Positions 53,149 to 64,000 of a stretch of 64,000 nucleotides of DNA are shown one piece after another. Source of the DNA: Histomonas meleagridis 2922-C6/04-290x (lineage: Eukaryota > Protista > Parabasalia); NCBI GenBank assembly GCA_020184695.1, contig JAANOX010000068.1:1-64000 (forward strand), read 5' to 3'. Numbering within the stretch: position 1 is the first letter of the stretch; every line of letters begins with the position of its first letter. Below the pieces are notes generated by a model that saw only the letters and a program-made list of their open reading frames with translations, was not told where the DNA came from and did no database searches. Made by a program: the position numbers and the translations under genes.

Positions 53149-53669
53149 AGCAGTATATTTAATATAATTTAAAATTCAAACATTGTAATATTATAAACAT
53201 TAATTGCGAATAATTAATATCTGTTATTGTGAGTTAGTGTTGTAGTGTTTTAAATGCATCAATATTTGAAACTTTATGCATAAAGATGATATGATTTATT
53301 ATTATCCAGTGTGAAATTAAAAAATTGTAATACATCCTATGAATTGGCTGTAGTGAAAGCATACCTGATGGGTTTGCCAATCAACAAAGTTGAGAGTGTT
53401 TGGATATATATGTGCACATATTTCAAAAATATTATCTTTCACAAATGAAAAAGTTTGTTTAAAAAAAATAATCTTAATATTCCTTAAGATGGTCCTTGAA
53501 GTATCTTAGCAAAATCTCAAAAGTTGATTGAGATAAAACTTTTTTAGGAAATTATTTTTCTTTATGCCATATTTTTGTTTTCTTTGAAAATTGTATTCTC
53601 ATTTACGGTTATATTGAAAACTAGAACTTTTTCTGTTATATGACCGTTTGACATAACAAACGTTATAAG

Positions 53670-54764
53670 ATGGAAATCATCCCTCATTTCGATGACCTTG
53701 ACAAGGAAAAGGATATTAAAGCTTATGAGGGCATAAAAAACATTCCTAGCATTACTGTTTTATCAGAATTTAAGGTAATGCAAGCATTAATGGCTCATCT
53801 TTCCATAATAACTGGAAATATTGTCCGTCTTCCATTACAACTTCTCAAGTACAAGAGCACACCAGAGTTCAAGAATTCCTTTGCATTGTTAGCATCTATT
53901 ATCATTGCTTTTCTTGGTATTTATTTTGCTGGTCTTGACTTTGATTCAGGCCTTGAGTTAATGAAAACTCAAACTATCTACAAGCTATGGGCTGTGTACA
54001 CTCTTTTCCAAATCGTAATTAAGTTTTTAATGAAAGTTCATTCATATACAAATAAAATGATCCGTGGAGCAATCCGTGAAAACAAGAGCATGATCATCCC
54101 TATTCTTGTCCATTCTCTTTCTAATGCCTTAATATTCGGTTGTTACTCAATATACAATGGATGTTATTTAGCCGGGCTTTATGGCAAGAAAAACATTATG
54201 TTCTCTGCTTCTGTTCACATCCAAGCCATTGTTATGAAGAAATTCTTCCCCAAGATCGCCGAAAACAACATAGCCAGTGAATCAATTCTTCGATTAGTCA
54301 TGATTTTCTCAATTGCAGATCATTTGAGGGTTGGAACAGTCGGCGAAGTCAAGGAAATCATCATTTACCAATACATTTGTTGCTTTGCTCGATTCTTCTT
54401 GACATCGATCAGTGAAGATGCTGACAAACTTCGCAAACTATACGACGAAGGACTCAAAGATATCTTCGCACAACTTAACGGCGCTAAAGTCAGAGAAGAA
54501 TTATCAATTATGCAAACTTTCCCATCTGAAGCATTTACATTAACAGTCCTTTTCCTCATCGTTCAAGGACCATTCGTTAACTCTGTTGTCACTGCATTGA
54601 TTACAGTTGCATTGGCTTTCATTGGACCAGTTTTCATCAAGTTAAATGCTCCAAAGCAAGAGAAGAAAGATGAAAAGAAAGAAGAGAACAATGAAAAGAA
54701 GGATAAAGAAAAGAAAGACGAAAAAGAACAAGTCGTCGAGAAGAAGAAAGAAAAAACTGAATAA
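53670..54764 (+). CDS. Multi-pass membrane protein, possibly DUF747/TAPT1/Emp65-like, Lys/Glu-rich tail
   Basis: Several TM helices; KTQTIYKLWAVYTLFQI and VMKKF resemble DUF747 patterns. Confidence 0.5.
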   Translation: MEIIPHFDDLDKEKDIKAYEGIKNIPSITVLSEFKVMQALMAHLSIITGNIVRLPLQLLKYKSTPEFKNSFALLASIIIAFLGIYFAGLDFDSGLELMKTQTIYKLWAVYTLFQIVIKFLMKVHSYTNKMIRGAIRENKSMIIPILVHSLSNALIFGCYSIYNGCYLAGLYGKKNIMFSASVHIQAIVMKKFFPKIAENNIASESILRLVMIFSIADHLRVGTVGEVKEIIIYQYICCFARFFLTSISEDADKLRKLYDEGLKDIFAQLNGAKVREELSIMQTFPSEAFTLTVLFLIVQGPFVNSVVTALITVALAFIGPVFIKLNAPKQEKKDEKKEENNEKKDKEKKDEKEQVVEKKKEKTE

Positions 54765-55715
54765 AATCGTTATCCAATTAATTTCCATTTAAATAGAATT
54801 AACTTATAAAAAATATTTTAGAGGAAGTATATTGAAGTGTGTTATCACATATGTGTAATATTTGAAATATCTTTCTTTTGATTTTTGAAAAAATAATGCA
54901 TTTTTATCATAACAACACTAAATTTCAGATTTTTTCTTTAATATAATTTATCACTTACTTTTCTTGTAATGCGTTTATTATTTGGATATAATATTTGTAA
55001 AAATATTTTATTGAAAATAAAAAAAGAAAAAAAAGCTTCTTTTTTGAAATTTATCATTTCTCGATAATCCTTCGATAGAATTTTTTTAATTTGAAATATG
55101 ATGATAACTTTAAAATAGCAATATTAGGTTTTGTGTGTTAAATAGGTTTATATGCCTAATTCAAAGATACAATTGCTTTAAAATAAAAATGAGTATCAAT
55201 AGCTAAGTAACTTTTTGAATCAAAAAATAATCGTTTTGAAGATGACACGAGTCACTTTTTGTGTAATTGAAAGCCAAATAACAACAGAAAAAACCGTGAA
55301 TGAATAAAATGAAAATATTTTACTTTTATGCGTATAAAACAGAGTATAAATCGCGTATATAATAATTCAACCAACATATATACATATATAATAAATATAA
55401 AATATAAACAATATCTATCGAAAAAATCATATTTACTTCTTATCAATTTTTATATCAGTTTCATTTGCATTTATAAATTTCAATATTTGCAAATGGTTTT
55501 TTAGAGAATGCTTTCAATTATGGATTATATTCAAGGAATAATCAAATTTAATTAGGCATAAAAATAAGGTTAAGTGGGAAAAATTCAAGCGCCAAAACCG
55601 TTTATACCGAATGAACTGAAAATATTCTATATGTTCATAGAATTTTGATTTTGTATGAGAAATTGGATCGGCGAATTTGAATAGGTTTGCTTGGAACAAA
55701 ATATTTTGCAACCAC

Positions 55716-58517
55716 ATGTCTTCAGATAAATCCAGCCCAAAAAAAGCAAAAGCAAAAATAACAGAAGGTCAAAATTCAGAACAGCAAAATAAAGCATTCC
55801 CTTTATATTCATATGTTTTTCAAAAATTAATACAAAATACAAACATTTTTAAAATTCCTCCAGAATCATCATATGTTTTTTGTGGGTGGGAGAGCGCAGT
55901 TGTTTATTTAATTGCCACAAATAAAAAAATAAATATTTCAGATTTACCAAATAAACTTGAAGGCACATGGATTGTTGAACCTAATGGTAACTACATCCAA
56001 CTAACTAAATTTTCTTTTATGTATTTAGTTACTGAAAAAACATTACTTGAAACAACATTATTTAAAATTTCCACAGGTGGCTCAATAAAACTTTTCGATA
56101 AAATAACATTTAACCCAAAAGACAGGTTTGTTTTTGAACAAAGCCACATTTCTTTTTGCTCTCTTGTTTGTACTTCCTGCAATCAACTTCTTCAAAATCA
56201 AGAAACCGTAAATTTTTCCGAATTAGTCAAGTATCTTTTAGGCAAAAATTATCGCAATAATGTTGGGTTAATCGAAAAAATAGCAGAAAAAGATACATCG
56301 CGCATTTACAGCATAATCTTCAATTCGCCTTATTTCTTTGTTAGTGATAGAAATATAAGTAAAACCTCAATTAAATTTGGTTCGACTCTTCGTCTTAATC
56401 AAGTTAAAACAGTGATTGATCAAGTTGTTCAACTTCTTCTTGATAACGACCCATTTTCAAACGGTTTAACTCAAACACAGCTTTCAAATTTATTAACGGT
56501 CAATAACGTCCACTTCAAGCCGAGCCTGTGGAAAAACATCCTTGCGGCTGACTGTATTTTTTATTACGGAGGAAAATATGGCGTTCGCCCTGTTGTCGGC
56601 TGTTATTCCACAGCATCAGAAATTATGAGAGGAAACCTTACATTTAAAGAAGTAATTTTAAATCATCTTAAAATGATTAAAGGCCCTGTTCAAAAAACTC
56701 AATTTATTAAAAGTTTAAAGGGAGCTGAATATGTTAAAAATGCAACAATTCAACAAATAACCAAAAGCGATTTTTCGACAATTGAAAATTTTATGGAATT
56801 AATGCCAAACATCATAAACAGAAAGTCACACTATTATTCAATTCCATACGAGTTAGAAAATTTGTTTTTTGGCGGAATGTACTTTGGCATATTGAAAAAT
56901 TTTTTACTTACAAATCGAAACAATATAAATGAAAAAACACTTATTGAATTAATGCAATTTAGAGTTCCTCTAAATAACGTAACTGTTACATTTGTTGGAA
57001 GATTATCTTTTTGCTTGGAATCTTTGGTTAATTTTTTTGAGCTAAAAAACACAGTTACACTGCTTCCATACCCACAGCCTATATTCCTTTCACAAAACAT
57101 CGAAAACCAAAATCAAACAATAGACCAAACACAAACACCATCAGATGAACTTCTTTTGGGGCCCCCCAAAGATATGCAACCGCAAGAAACCGCCGCTCAA
57201 CCGTTGGGTATCATTGATTTTGGAAAAATTGAACCAAATAAGAAACAAAGGAATGCTTTTATAAACTTAATTGAGAATCATTTTCGAAATCAAGAAAACA
57301 ATTTGGATATTACGCCTCAAGATATTGTAAAAGCATTTGATGGAACCAAAACAGATAAGTTCCTTATTGATGACTCCCGCGAGTCAATTGAGTGCATCAC
57401 AAATGAGCTTAACGCTTCTGATTGTTTTGCAAAAACAGATCGAGGTACATATGCATATATTGATGCTGAAGCTTATTCTCCTCCTGACCGTATATACAGC
57501 GGATATTACGAAATGATTTATCACGCTCTTGAAATACTTCATATTTTAACAAGATCAACAGGTATTCGATTTCCAACAAGACATATCTCAAGATTAATGG
57601 ATGGGTGGAAGTTCCGTGTTCACACTGTTTCTTCTCCTATTGGTGTATTTAACAAAAAGAAGGCTTTTCACTCAACATTTTCCAAAGTCAGAGATAAAAA
57701 ATATACTGTTATTATGTACTCTGATGGCTTGTACGGACTGCTTAAATTTTGTCCAGAGGTGCAAAAGGAATCAACTGATGTTCAGGGACCAAAAGATTAC
57801 ATCGATCTTTTAGTACGAGATGCTAACAATAGACGCGTACCAAACGACCAGGATTATAATGACCTTAAAGAATGTAAGGTAACATTTATAATTGGCTCTG
57901 AAATGAGTGCAAAAATCGAAAAATCCATCGAATTGGCTTCAGGTATACAACCGTCGCCTCCCTCTCAAAAAGTTTGCGAGAAGAAACCTCCCAAAACCGC
58001 CGATGACAAGACTTCTGTTCCAAGGAGTAAAAGTCCTAAAGTTATCGAATCAGATAGTGACACAAGTGAAGAAATTGAAATTGAGAGCAGCACTGAATCT
58101 CCAGTAGAAGAGGAAGAATCTTTTGAAGCTAATAATAATGCTGATGAAATTGATGAGATAAGTGAAGATTACGAAAGCGAGGCTTGGCCTTTTGAAAACC
58201 ATTGGGATCCTCCTGAAATTGTAGTGACTGATTTTGAGCCACAATCGATGTTCAATTATTCTCATACAATCCTTAAACCACGCGATAAGGCGGACCTTAA
58301 TGAGCTGTCCCCGCCAATGTCCGATTATTCGCCAAAGAAGTCGATGTCTTCGGAATTGGAATCGCTTCGATCGCAATATAAAAACTTTTCTCTTAAAAAG
58401 GCGGCACAATTTCTATACCAGAAAAGCGGAATGAACAAGCCAGCAAAGGAGTTTGAAAGCGATGTGTGGTATGCAGTTGGGCAAACAGAGCCATGGGTTA
58501 TTGCGAAAGGTAAATAG
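55716..58517 (+). CDS. Hypothetical protein with repeated winged-helix-like modules and acidic C-terminal region
   Basis: Long intact ORF, ATG at 55716; recurring helix blocks ending in short beta wings (PNGNYI, YGGKYG, DRGTYA, SDGLYG). Confidence 0.6.
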   Translation: MSSDKSSPKKAKAKITEGQNSEQQNKAFPLYSYVFQKLIQNTNIFKIPPESSYVFCGWESAVVYLIATNKKINISDLPNKLEGTWIVEPNGNYIQLTKFSFMYLVTEKTLLETTLFKISTGGSIKLFDKITFNPKDRFVFEQSHISFCSLVCTSCNQLLQNQETVNFSELVKYLLGKNYRNNVGLIEKIAEKDTSRIYSIIFNSPYFFVSDRNISKTSIKFGSTLRLNQVKTVIDQVVQLLLDNDPFSNGLTQTQLSNLLTVNNVHFKPSLWKNILAADCIFYYGGKYGVRPVVGCYSTASEIMRGNLTFKEVILNHLKMIKGPVQKTQFIKSLKGAEYVKNATIQQITKSDFSTIENFMELMPNIINRKSHYYSIPYELENLFFGGMYFGILKNFLLTNRNNINEKTLIELMQFRVPLNNVTVTFVGRLSFCLESLVNFFELKNTVTLLPYPQPIFLSQNIENQNQTIDQTQTPSDELLLGPPKDMQPQETAAQPLGIIDFGKIEPNKKQRNAFINLIENHFRNQENNLDITPQDIVKAFDGTKTDKFLIDDSRESIECITNELNASDCFAKTDRGTYAYIDAEAYSPPDRIYSGYYEMIYHALEILHILTRSTGIRFPTRHISRLMDGWKFRVHTVSSPIGVFNKKKAFHSTFSKVRDKKYTVIMYSDGLYGLLKFCPEVQKESTDVQGPKDYIDLLVRDANNRRVPNDQDYNDLKECKVTFIIGSEMSAKIEKSIELASGIQPSPPSQKVCEKKPPKTADDKTSVPRSKSPKVIESDSDTSEEIEIESSTESPVEEEESFEANNNADEIDEISEDYESEAWPFENHWDPPEIVVTDFEPQSMFNYSHTILKPRDKADLNELSPPMSDYSPKKSMSSELESLRSQYKNFSLKKAAQFLYQKSGMNKPAKEFESDVWYAVGQTEPWVIAKGK

Positions 58518-59709
58518 ATGACAGAAATGTAATTAATACAAATATAGAATTTAAATTAAATTTTATATTGGATTCGATTTTTTGTGTTATTTATTATTAG
58601 TAAATAAACAGATTTTGTAATTAAATTTTTTTGAATTTGCAAATTATCTAAATTACTGCTTATAAAAAGGCAAAAACGAATTTTGTTAAAATTGTTGACA
58701 TTTTTTAAAATCCTTAACACGTGATTTGTAACATTTTTTTAGCTTGTCCTTCAGCCACAAAATAATTTTTGGGATCAAAGAAAAGTGGCAGTCGGGCATC
58801 CCGTAACGACATGAGAGGAAACCGTTTATTTTTCCATAGAATAATTATTCTAAAAATTTTTTCAATATTTTACAGCCAATACTCAAAAAAAACAGAAAGA
58901 ACAAAAATCTGTTAATTTAGTCGGAATTTCTTGATCAAGTTCACATTTAGTAAAGCTACGCACATGCCTTTAATGATTTGTTAACAAAAAGAAATCAAAA
59001 TCAATAAATTTATCAAGTTCCAATGATTTCAAATTAATTTGTCCCAATGCAGGGTAAGGCATTCGTTCAAGGTCGCCTCTGAAATATTTATTGAAAAAGA
59101 TTAAGAGTAAAATTGTTTAATAAAATAAGCAATGAATTAATTATGTTTGAAAAATTTTAAGTTTCTGTATTACTATCTTTATTTTTTAGGACATGAAGAT
59201 ATGAGGTTTATGATTTGGTAAATAATAATTACAATAACAAAAAAACATCAAATTATACAGTTTGATTTGTTTAAACTCTGCTCTCTTTTGAAATGCATTA
59301 AATCAGTTATCATATTTATGCGAAAACAAAATAGAAATAGAAAAATGATATGATAAATTATATCATGAAGATAATATGCTTTCAATAAAAATTCGAGATT
59401 TTACAGCATTTTTCAGGAGGTTAAGGATTTTGCTATAAAAAATAAAAATGAATATGTTTATTTATATATTTTTTGATGCTAAGAATATCTTATGCATAGC
59501 TTAGCAGATAATCCCAAAATTGCAACACAATTGGTTAATCAATTTTGAAATGTATTGTGCAATTAAGCAACATATGAGAATATAATAGCGAATAATAACA
59601 TCAACAATTTGTATAAATCTTCGATATTCAATTAGTGCCACTAATTATAAATTTAAATATTATAATTTAAATAGTTGGACATATTATTTCGAAAGACAAA
59701 TTTACATTT

Positions 59710-60208
59710 TTAAAATGCACATCTTTAACTAAAGTTATTCTTGGTGAAAAAGTTGAAAATATTGGATCTTCTTCATTTTCAGGCTGTTTAAATTTGGAAA
59801 CATTTTTGTTCAATAAAATGTTATAACAATTTATTCGAAAGCATTTTATCAATGCACGAACTTAACGAATATTACATTACCAGAAACTCTTAAAACAATT
59901 CAACAACAATCATTTTATGAATGTGAAAATATATACGATATATGTATTTGGGGAATGTACATCTTTGGAATCAATTAATTTACCAGAAACACTTACAACA
60001 ATCAGTTCATATGCATTTTATAAATGTACACCACTTCTCACACTTAATCTTAGTAAAGTAAGTACAATTGGATCAAGTGCATTTTATGATTGCAAATCAT
60101 AAATTGCATTTATTATTATGGAAGTTCTTCAGTTTATATTTATTATGATGCATTTTATGGAATTAAAGCAACACATGTAATTGTATCTGATTCATATTAC
60201 GGAGACAA
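59710..60208 (+). pseudogene. Fragmented BspA-like LRR gene
   Basis: Three frames give CTSLTKVILGEKVENIGSSSF, CTNLTNITLPETL, CTSLESINLPETL and cap CIYYYGSS (cf. CIYYYGTS at the 24061 gene); frameshifts and stops. Confidence 0.85.
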
Positions 60209-60355
60209 TATTTTGAAATAAGAAATTATTAAAATAAATTTTAAATAAGACAAATAAATATCTTTAGCATTAATATCAATTCCTTTTTGTTCAAGAAGTA
60301 TTTTAACTATTTCTATTTGACCATTTTTAAGACACTTATAACCAATAGTATTCGA
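60209..60355 (-). pseudogene. Single ankyrin block followed by the 5' two-thirds of the loop insert
   Basis: GYKCLKNGQIEIVKILLEQKGIDINAKDIY then TTGTCTTATTTAAAATTTATTTTAATAATTTCTTATTTCAAAATA. Confidence 0.8.
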
Positions 60356-60358
60356 AAT

Positions 60359-60643
60359 ATGGATTCACCAAATTTCCTACCAGAATATATGCCAATAGCA
60401 AATGCTGCTACAAAACTTCTTTCACTTGTTTTAGAGCAAAATGATGTTCCAGGAACTGTATTATGTCCGTCATTTAACATTTACCCAGGTGAAAAACAAG
60501 GAAAATTTAGATTAAGTGGTGATGAAACAATATTTAATGAAAAAGGCGAAAGTAAAATATCAAATTCAGATTATACAGTAGCAATGATTGACGAAATTGC
60601 GAATGGTAATTATGTTGGCAAACGTTTCACAGTTGGTTACTAA
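60359..60643 (+). pseudogene. C-terminal fragment of a bacterial-type NAD(P)-binding oxidoreductase (COG2910/YwnB-like)
   Basis: DSPNFLPEY..P..IYPGEKQGKFRLSGD....NEKGESKISNSDYTVAMIDEI....KRFTVGY; N-terminal GxxGxxG Rossmann half missing. Confidence 0.75.
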
Positions 60644-60932
60644 ACAATTAATTCATTATTTATCTTTGTTTAGAAAATCTTTTTAACAATTTTGAATTTA
60701 ATATTTTTAAATAAATAAAGAAAAAACTTTCACACTAATCTAAACTGATTAAAAAAATATTAGCAAAATCAAAATATTTCAATTTAAATTATTATATATT
60801 TTCATATAGCGTTAAAGAATGAAAAAAATTAATTTTCAGATTTATCAAATTCAAATTTCAATTTTTTGTTATTCCACAAATACATCAAAAACTTTTTATT
60901 TGAACAATTAATTAAATGAAGTTCAGTTTACT

Positions 60933-63059
60933 TCAAATCAGTTCCTTCACTGTCAATTTCTCTATTTCATATGACGACATCACTCTATCGAACTCGTGCT
61001 TCGAGTTCTTCAGTTGTATTGTGAGGTTTCCAGCCCTTGGGCCGACACATGGCTCATCAGCCTTCGGGTTATATGCATATTTGCATCTTCTGCATTTCCA
61101 CACTTCGACACTTTTTACGAAATCTTTAATTTCATTTTCGATTTCGCTCAAAATATTTATTGTGTTATACGTAAACATTAAATACATCTTAAAATTATAA
61201 GTTCCATACTCATTATCAATCACTTTCGGAGTTATCATTCCAATGAAGTTATACTTTTTACAAAGATTGTCTAAAAATGAAAAAGATTCTGGACATTGTC
61301 CAAGAGATTTAAATGTTATACGATATACAGGCTTGCTCGCAAGTGAGCTGAGCGTTGCTTGGACCATATGTTGGATTTCTAAGCCCTTCGCAATTGGCGT
61401 ATCAAAAAATCCAAATGCCGTACAGTTAAGTTTTGTACTCTGTTGAAAGATAATTGGTAGTGGCGCTGGTAGCTTTGCCATTAAAACTGTTGGATAATGG
61501 AATACTTTTGGCGTTTGATGAGATAATGATTCAGGTGGCTTGATAGCTAAAGCTTCGATAAAGAAATCAGTACAGATCATTGGTACATTAAGAACTGAGA
61601 GTGGTCGTGGTGATTCGGGTTGTTTGACAATTGGATATAGAGTAAGATTGAGTCGTAATTCTTTCATCTGTAGTAGCTTCTGATCAGGAATATTGGTAAT
61701 ATCTGTTGTTGTGAGGAAGTACAAGATACTTCTTAATTCTGGTGTAATTCTTGCTCGATGTTGGGTATAACAATGTTGTACTAGATTGATGGTGGTCTCA
61801 AACCTTTTCTTACATACTTGGCAAATGAATTCACCACTATTTCTTTCGAAATAAATCATTCCAAATGATCTTAAAAATAATTCATACTCATGAAGTTCTT
61901 CAATATACTTGTCTATTGATTCTTGCGAAGATGCCAAGTTGTCTTCTCGAAAAGCAAATCTTGTTGGATCTAAGTTGATTGGTTGGGATGTTCTTGTTGA
62001 AATTCCATCGGTTTTGATCGACGACGATAGGAACGATATGTATTCATCATCAACGATGGTATCGTCCTCCGTATCGTCCCCACTTTCAGAGTCTGACGAT
62101 GAGATTTCAAAGGTCCGATGGAAGTGGGAGTTGATTGATGGGAAATGTTTTTCGATAAATTTTTCAACCTCAGGGCGGATATGTTCTGGTTGTTGCAATA
62201 TATGATCTCTAATGGAGATAAAGATATCTTTCGTATGTGAATTAATGCAATGAGTTACAAGTTCTTGTGTTGATTCAAAAACTTGGGGACACTTAGGACA
62301 TTTGTTATTACTTTGTGAATCACTATTTCCTAGAAATGTTTTAAGTAATTTATGGGATAAAAGAATATGATTCAGAAGATCATTGAATGGAAATGAAAAC
62401 TTACTACAAAATGGACATAACTCTAGCTCTTCATATTCTTGTGAACTTGACCTCGATATTATTATTTTCTTGTTTTTATCTTTGAAGTCATTTGAGGTGC
62501 TTCTTTCAACTTTAATGCTTGGCATTTGTGGCTTAGAAGTTGAACTATCTGAAGTTAAATCTAACTTAGGTTTTTCAACCTTAAGCTCAAACTTTTGGGT
62601 TACACGATTTCCTGGATTTCGCACCATGGCTTGTTCTGATGTTGATCTTGGGACCTCGATCTTGATGGGATTTGGTTTGTTACGGTTCTTTGATTTCTGT
62701 TGATTTATTGGTTTGTTTTGTTTTCTACCTCCAACAGAAAATTTAGGCGAAGGCTCAGTTTTGATTTCGATTTGTTTTGGATTAATCTGCTGTATTTGAT
62801 CACTTTGATTTTGTTTTTCTTCTTTATGTTGCTGGTCATTTGTTGTTGCTATTAATTTTGCATCAATTTGTACGTTTTCATTGGAATTAACTTTTGGCAC
62901 TGACTGAACTTCTTCTTTTTGTTCGGAATTGTCTTCGCTATCCGATGTTGAGATTCCATCGAGATCAAGGGAAAATAATTGATCTTGCACTCCGGTATGT
63001 GTCCAAACCGAAAAATTGCCGATAGTTTTCAATTTTGATAAAAGGTTAACGTTTTTCAT
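60933..63059 (-). CDS. C2H2 zinc-finger protein with low-complexity N-terminus
   Basis: CPFC..HILLSH, CPKC..HCINSH, CQVC..HCYTQH, extra CRRC at C-terminus; ATG at 63059. Confidence 0.85.
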   Translation of the reverse strand: MKNVNLLSKLKTIGNFSVWTHTGVQDQLFSLDLDGISTSDSEDNSEQKEEVQSVPKVNSNENVQIDAKLIATTNDQQHKEEKQNQSDQIQQINPKQIEIKTEPSPKFSVGGRKQNKPINQQKSKNRNKPNPIKIEVPRSTSEQAMVRNPGNRVTQKFELKVEKPKLDLTSDSSTSKPQMPSIKVERSTSNDFKDKNKKIIISRSSSQEYEELELCPFCSKFSFPFNDLLNHILLSHKLLKTFLGNSDSQSNNKCPKCPQVFESTQELVTHCINSHTKDIFISIRDHILQQPEHIRPEVEKFIEKHFPSINSHFHRTFEISSSDSESGDDTEDDTIVDDEYISFLSSSIKTDGISTRTSQPINLDPTRFAFREDNLASSQESIDKYIEELHEYELFLRSFGMIYFERNSGEFICQVCKKRFETTINLVQHCYTQHRARITPELRSILYFLTTTDITNIPDQKLLQMKELRLNLTLYPIVKQPESPRPLSVLNVPMICTDFFIEALAIKPPESLSHQTPKVFHYPTVLMAKLPAPLPIIFQQSTKLNCTAFGFFDTPIAKGLEIQHMVQATLSSLASKPVYRITFKSLGQCPESFSFLDNLCKKYNFIGMITPKVIDNEYGTYNFKMYLMFTYNTINILSEIENEIKDFVKSVEVWKCRRCKYAYNPKADEPCVGPRAGNLTIQLKNSKHEFDRVMSSYEIEKLTVKELI

Positions 63060-63310
63060 CTTGGATGTCACTTTTGTGATAAAAGGGCTATTCGACTAAA
63101 TTTATGGGGTTTGTTTTGTGATGTTTACAAAAAAGCATTGAAAGTCTGGGGTAACTGGACAAGGAATAAATGAAGCATTTGACAAACCAACCAATGATAA
63201 AAATAAAGAAAATGAAGCACAACCAACTCGAAAAGATTTATGTACTGTTCAATAATTATCATTATTTTGTTAAAAAAAGTCATAAAAATTATTTTGTTTG
63301 ATTTAAAATA

Positions 63311-64000
63311 CAGTTGGGGATTTAAACGTGTCCCAGGAATCAAAGTGGTCCCATACGTTAAAATACGTTAATAAATAATCTTTAATAAAATTTCATTTAT
63401 CTCAATGTCAACATTAACACCAGCAATGCCACTAGATGAAATTAAACAAAAATTAGATACTATTGGTATTTCTCAATAATTTACTCGATCATTATTAAGG
63501 AATCCTGACTCTATGAACTTAGAATATAAAAATCATCAGCTTTGTTTTCTCTACAAATATGCATCTGAATTAGATGATGTTACTTTCACTTTTAATCAAC
63601 TAGCATTCGTCTATAATATGTGCCGTAAAACTGTATCTAGAAGTATTTCAAACGGCCCACAAGATCCAAAACCTTTAGATCGACATAGAGCATTAGATGA
63701 AGATAAAGAAGAAATAATTGTTCAAGCAATTATTGATTCATCTAATGAAGGTCATGCAATGACCCAAAGGCAGTTATTATCTTTTATCAAAAAAAAATTT
63801 GATTTATCTTTAACAAAGGGATGGATAAATCAATTTTATCTTAGAAATATAGATCAAATTAAAAAATGTATATCACCTTATCAAAAAGTCACAAGAATGA
63901 CAGTTCCTAGAGGACATTTGAAAGAACACTTTCAAAACATGCATAAACATGTGGATGGAAGGTTAACAGAATTAGTTTTTGATTTAGATGAAGCAGGAAC
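63311..64000 (+). mobile_element. pogo/Fot1-like (Tc1/mariner superfamily) DNA transposon, left part; transposase from 63405 with premature TAA at 63477
   Basis: TA|CAGT start; frame open from 63480 to the window edge with HTH-like and CENP-B-like regions (LTKGWINQF) and LVFDLDEAG at the first catalytic Asp (FN.DETG-like). Confidence 0.75.

Noticed and set aside
1521-63343. Many short overlapping or antisense ORFs in the track (e.g. 6914..7648, 30568..30750, 50891..51214)
   Set aside because: Shadow frames of real genes or AT-rich chance ORFs with no motifs
1-64000. tRNA or rRNA genes
   Set aside because: No cloverleaf, box A/B pair or rRNA-like conserved stretch recognised by eye; a covariance search would be needed to exclude them

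Overview
AT-rich, gene-dense eukaryotic DNA with single-exon genes, short intergenic regions and the standard code. TCAYT Inr-like and AAAAGTGAC motifs sit just upstream of ATGs, and TAAA often overlaps the stop codon. Together with BspA, Pmp-like and DUF3447-type ankyrin genes and an animal/plant-type capping enzyme, this points to a parabasalid (Histomonas/Tritrichomonas/Trichomonas-like); the species cannot be fixed from sequence alone. There are about 30 intact genes: housekeeping (GlnRS, TPI, adenosine kinase, adenylate kinase, capping enzyme, PP2A-family phosphatase), trafficking (3 Rabs, Vps54, DHHC), TOR-complex-like (Rictor-like, Raptor-N), nuclear envelope (SUN, TMEM209-like), surface proteins, and a bacterial-type glycoside hydrolase. 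Several decayed gene fragments are present, and a pogo/Fot1-like transposon is cut by the right edge. The most unusual feature is the ankyrin gene at 28693-31077. Each of its 7 repeat junctions is interrupted at the same position of the beta-hairpin loop by an AT-rich insert (68 nt in six cases, 51 nt in one) that breaks the frame or carries stops. The flanking repeats stay intact and vary mainly at binding-surface positions. The inserts lack consistent GT-AG, AT-AC or parabasalid ACTAAC signals, and related inserts recur at the same codon position at four other loci in the window. This is a candidate non-canonical intron or bypass system; no expression data are available here to confirm it.
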